NCBI GenBank assembly: GCA_965223425.1
Contig: OZ245003.1
Span: 1,312,001-1,376,000, forward strand
DNA: 64,000 nucleotides
From: Nitrosopumilus sp.
Lineage (GTDB): Archaea > Thermoproteota > Nitrososphaeria > Nitrososphaerales > Nitrosopumilaceae
Direction of reading: 5' to 3'
Each line of letters opens with the position of its first letter. Positions within the stretch are counted from its first letter, which is position 1. The position numbers and the translations under genes were made by a program. Shown piece by piece: positions 61,356-64,000 of this stretch. The notes beneath the pieces were generated by a model. The model was not told the origin of the DNA. It saw only the letters and a list, made by a program, of their open reading frames with translations, and ran no database searches.

Positions 61356-62945
61356 CTATTCTATAATGCCGTGGAAGAGATCGTATTTTCTTCCGTACTC
61401 TGTCTCCTCACCGCACTCGCACAGCATTGCCAGAAACTCCCCCGCGTCTCTAGAGATTGATGAGTATAGCGTAGTGTAGAAGTAATGCGTTCGTCTGCCG
61501 CATTTGCCGCACTGCCAAATATCTGTCAGCACATCGTCTTTGCGTTTCTTGTATTCCCGTTCTCCTGGCAGTGCGTCAGGCTCAAAGAAGCTGTCTGTGA
61601 TCGGACTTGAGTAGGCACCGCCTTTGATTGTATCCCCTGATTCCTTGCCAAACCACCATCCTGGGATAACGTTGCTGCATTTTGGGCAGCTTCCGAGGCA
61701 TTCAATATTCCAACCTCCAAAGATCTTAGATAGCATATTTCTATCTGTGATCTGTTCTAGCGCAACAAGCTCTTCCCCATATCCTGAGATGCTGTTAGCT
61801 ACGGTGTCTTCTTCCATTATGTATGGCAGCCACACTGTATCTGCGTGGTGAAACGTATTTTCACACAGGTGGCATTTTACATCATGGTGTTTGGGCGGGT
61901 TCATCATGAATTCAATGATATTCTCATCTGCAATCTCGTTTCCTTGCCGCAACATTTTTTTAAAATATGCTGCCTTGCGGTAGTCTGGATTTATTTTCAG
62001 CACCCTGTCCAAGCATTCTGCCGCATTGTCATAGATTTCCAGATTCAGCAACGATATGCCCTTGTTGTGAATTGCCGTGTCATAGTCTGGCCTAATCTTA
62101 ATTGCTTTATCAAAGTTTTCTATTGCCAACTCATGCATCTTCATGATGCTCAGCGCACGGCCCTTGTTGGAAAAAACGGCGGGGTTGTTTGGATTTATTT
62201 TCAGCGACCTGTCAAAACATTCCATGGATTTTTTGTATTTGCCAAGGAATGCATATGCTGCCCCCATGCTACTAAGCGTGGTAATGACTAGGTTCGTCCA
62301 TGAGAAATTATAAGTAACCTTGCTTTCTGGCGCAATTCCCTTCAGATCCATATCCATTGGAGAGCTGGGCATGTCGCTTAGCGCCATCTCAAAATACTTT
62401 AGAGCCCTTTTGTAACTTCTATTGTCCATCAAAGAGATTCCCTTCACGTGGTTTTGTCTGTGCTTTCTGCAAGCTGCCTGCTGGTCGTACAGTGCTCTTT
62501 TTGTCGATTCGAGTTCCTCTGGCGAAAAGTTGCTGCACGTTCCCTGGCCATCAAGGTGCACTGTGCTCTCTTCGACAAAAAAACCCACAATGGCCCCTGA
62601 GTACAAAAGTTCACACGTGTGGCCGCTGAGGGGTTTAAAGCGGTGCTTTACATGCTCTGTGTACCTGCCGTGGATCCACTTTAAGACCGGGTCGTCTATT
62701 AGCAGGCTTTGCATGCTCGTCCACAACCGCGCACCAAGTACTGTCTGGTGCTCTTCCTGCGTGTGCCTTAATGATGCCTCTGGAAACCTATCCTGCATCT
62801 CTTCTGGTACCTCTAGTGCCATGAGGCATTTGCGATAGGTGTTGTCTGGCATCTCTGGCCTTATGGCAAAGGTGAATTCTATGCCGATGGCTTTTGGCTG
62901 CCTGTTGCTGTTGGCCTTGTTTTTTTGCTCCCTAAAAGTCCTCAA
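61356..62945 (-). CDS. TPR-repeat protein with C-terminal CxxC motifs; start uncertain
   Basis: About 4 TPRs (MGAAY..LGKY, NKGRAL, NKGISL); CHLC, CPKC, CGKC, CEC. Confidence 0.8.
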   Translation of the reverse strand: MRTFREQKNKANSNRQPKAIGIEFTFAIRPEMPDNTYRKCLMALEVPEEMQDRFPEASLRHTQEEHQTVLGARLWTSMQSLLIDDPVLKWIHGRYTEHVKHRFKPLSGHTCELLYSGAIVGFFVEESTVHLDGQGTCSNFSPEELESTKRALYDQQAACRKHRQNHVKGISLMDNRSYKRALKYFEMALSDMPSSPMDMDLKGIAPESKVTYNFSWTNLVITTLSSMGAAYAFLGKYKKSMECFDRSLKINPNNPAVFSNKGRALSIMKMHELAIENFDKAIKIRPDYDTAIHNKGISLLNLEIYDNAAECLDRVLKINPDYRKAAYFKKMLRQGNEIADENIIEFMMNPPKHHDVKCHLCENTFHHADTVWLPYIMEEDTVANSISGYGEELVALEQITDRNMLSKIFGGWNIECLGSCPKCSNVIPGWWFGKESGDTIKGGAYSSPITDSFFEPDALPGEREYKKRKDDVLTDIWQCGKCGRRTHYFYTTLYSSISRDAGEFLAMLCECGEETEYGRKYDLFHGIIE

Positions 62946-63083
62946 TTACGAACATAATTTTTTTTATTGTTTTTTAGTCTTGCTATGTTGTCCGGTGATC
63001 CCTCTTTTTCCTATCCTGAGATCATTTTGGTGCAGCGGTCTTGCAGAATGCCTTGTGACAGGCAGCCCTGTGCAATCTGCACT

Positions 63084-64000
63084 AGGCCTCTTGCGCAACT
63101 AACATAGTTTGATCACAACCTCAACGTTACTGCACAGCAAGATCCAAAGCTAACCTTTCATTACTCCATTTTATGCTAAATCATAAAAAACCAGCAAAAA
63201 AAAACACGAGAGCGTTCCAATCATTTGCGGGAATTGCTCTACAACAGCTTGACTTCTTATCCAAGGCAAACCAAAAAGAACTAGCAGCAACAGAAAGAAA
63301 AGATCATCAAAAGAAAAGACAGCGAAACATTGGAGATGAGTGAAAATTTAACCCGTCCATTAATGATAGATTGGCAGTGTTGCTATTCCGTTGCAGAATG
63401 CACACCACACGTGAATTTGCAGGATATCGCTTCAATTTAGATCAGGGTGATATGCATAGAAACATCAAATATTTGGAGCCTGCAGTAAGAAAATCAACTC
63501 CCATCCCCTCCAAACTGTATGCAGATTCAAAAAAGATCTACAGTATACAACAGTAGCAGCAGCAGCAAGGATTCTTCCCTGGCCTAACTGCAGTGACTGA
63601 CGGCACTGAGCAGCAAATCCCAACACCAAAAGACAAGCGCAAAAGAAAATCGCACTGCCCGGGCAAAAAGAAAAGCGTGCAATCAAACATCAGACCACAG
63701 TCAATGGCATCGGAGGCACAGTCCACAAACTGCCGCATTCTCCTGGATGAAGAAATGATTGTGCAACATGCAAAATAAAACACCCGGTATTATCCGAAGA
63801 GCTGATGCGCTTTTATGGTCCTGATATCTGGGCGTGGAAAAGGACTTTGAAGACCGGATCAGCATTTTACCATACAAGAAAAAAAGGAAGAGAGACAATC
63901 CCACACCAAAAGGAATGGAACAGGACTCAATCCAGAACCCGAACCAGGGTGGAGGCACGCAATCAGTAAAACAAAAAAATTCAGAATTAATTGCGACAAA
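63084..64000 (+). mobile_element. Degenerate IS5-family (ISL2-like) element running off the window
   Basis: End AGGCCTCTTGCGCAACT after an ACT flank; fragments homologous to 19035-20105 (YLEPAV, TDGTEQ). Confidence 0.85.

Noticed and set aside
1-64000. tRNA or rRNA genes
   Set aside because: None recognised by eye; a covariance-model scan would be needed to exclude them.

Overview
Archaeal chromosome window, most likely a Nitrosopumilus-like thaumarchaeote. The IS load, TPR protein and giant high-GC surface protein suggest a host-associated lineage (inference). A core backbone (purE/purK, LLM-thiolase-DUF35, Hjc-like resolvase, purP, ubiX, tatA/tatC, purS-Q-L-F, purC) is interrupted by several accessory islands. 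(i) 9.4-14.6 kb: IS630 relic, an ISH3-split HEPN gene, an endonuclease-wHTH-nucleotidyltransferase fusion, and a lone TnpB bounded by perfect 25-bp terminal inverted repeats. (ii) 18.8-23.7 kb: IS5-family elements and an IS-split RelE toxin. (iii) 29.2-34.2 kb: a 1483-aa beta-propeller/Ig surface protein preceded by poly-G tracts. (iv) 38-64 kb: duplicated membrane gene, nucleases, and a type I-B CRISPR-Cas locus (~74 repeats, divergent adaptation and interference modules, 1.5 copies of cas6) bracketed by two inverted IS copies. Main discovery: just downstream of cas6 is a degenerate CRISPR repeat with its own TATA box. Its spacer matches a site behind a TTA PAM at 60218-60236, with mismatches only at positions 6 and 12 (the Cascade-tolerated positions). 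That site lies directly upstream of the promoter of an unannotated three-gene operon whose last gene (a membrane protein) is frameshifted. This is a candidate CRISPR-repressed (CreTA-like) protein toxin module, now split by an IS. All coordinates and alignments were read by eye; no database searches were run.
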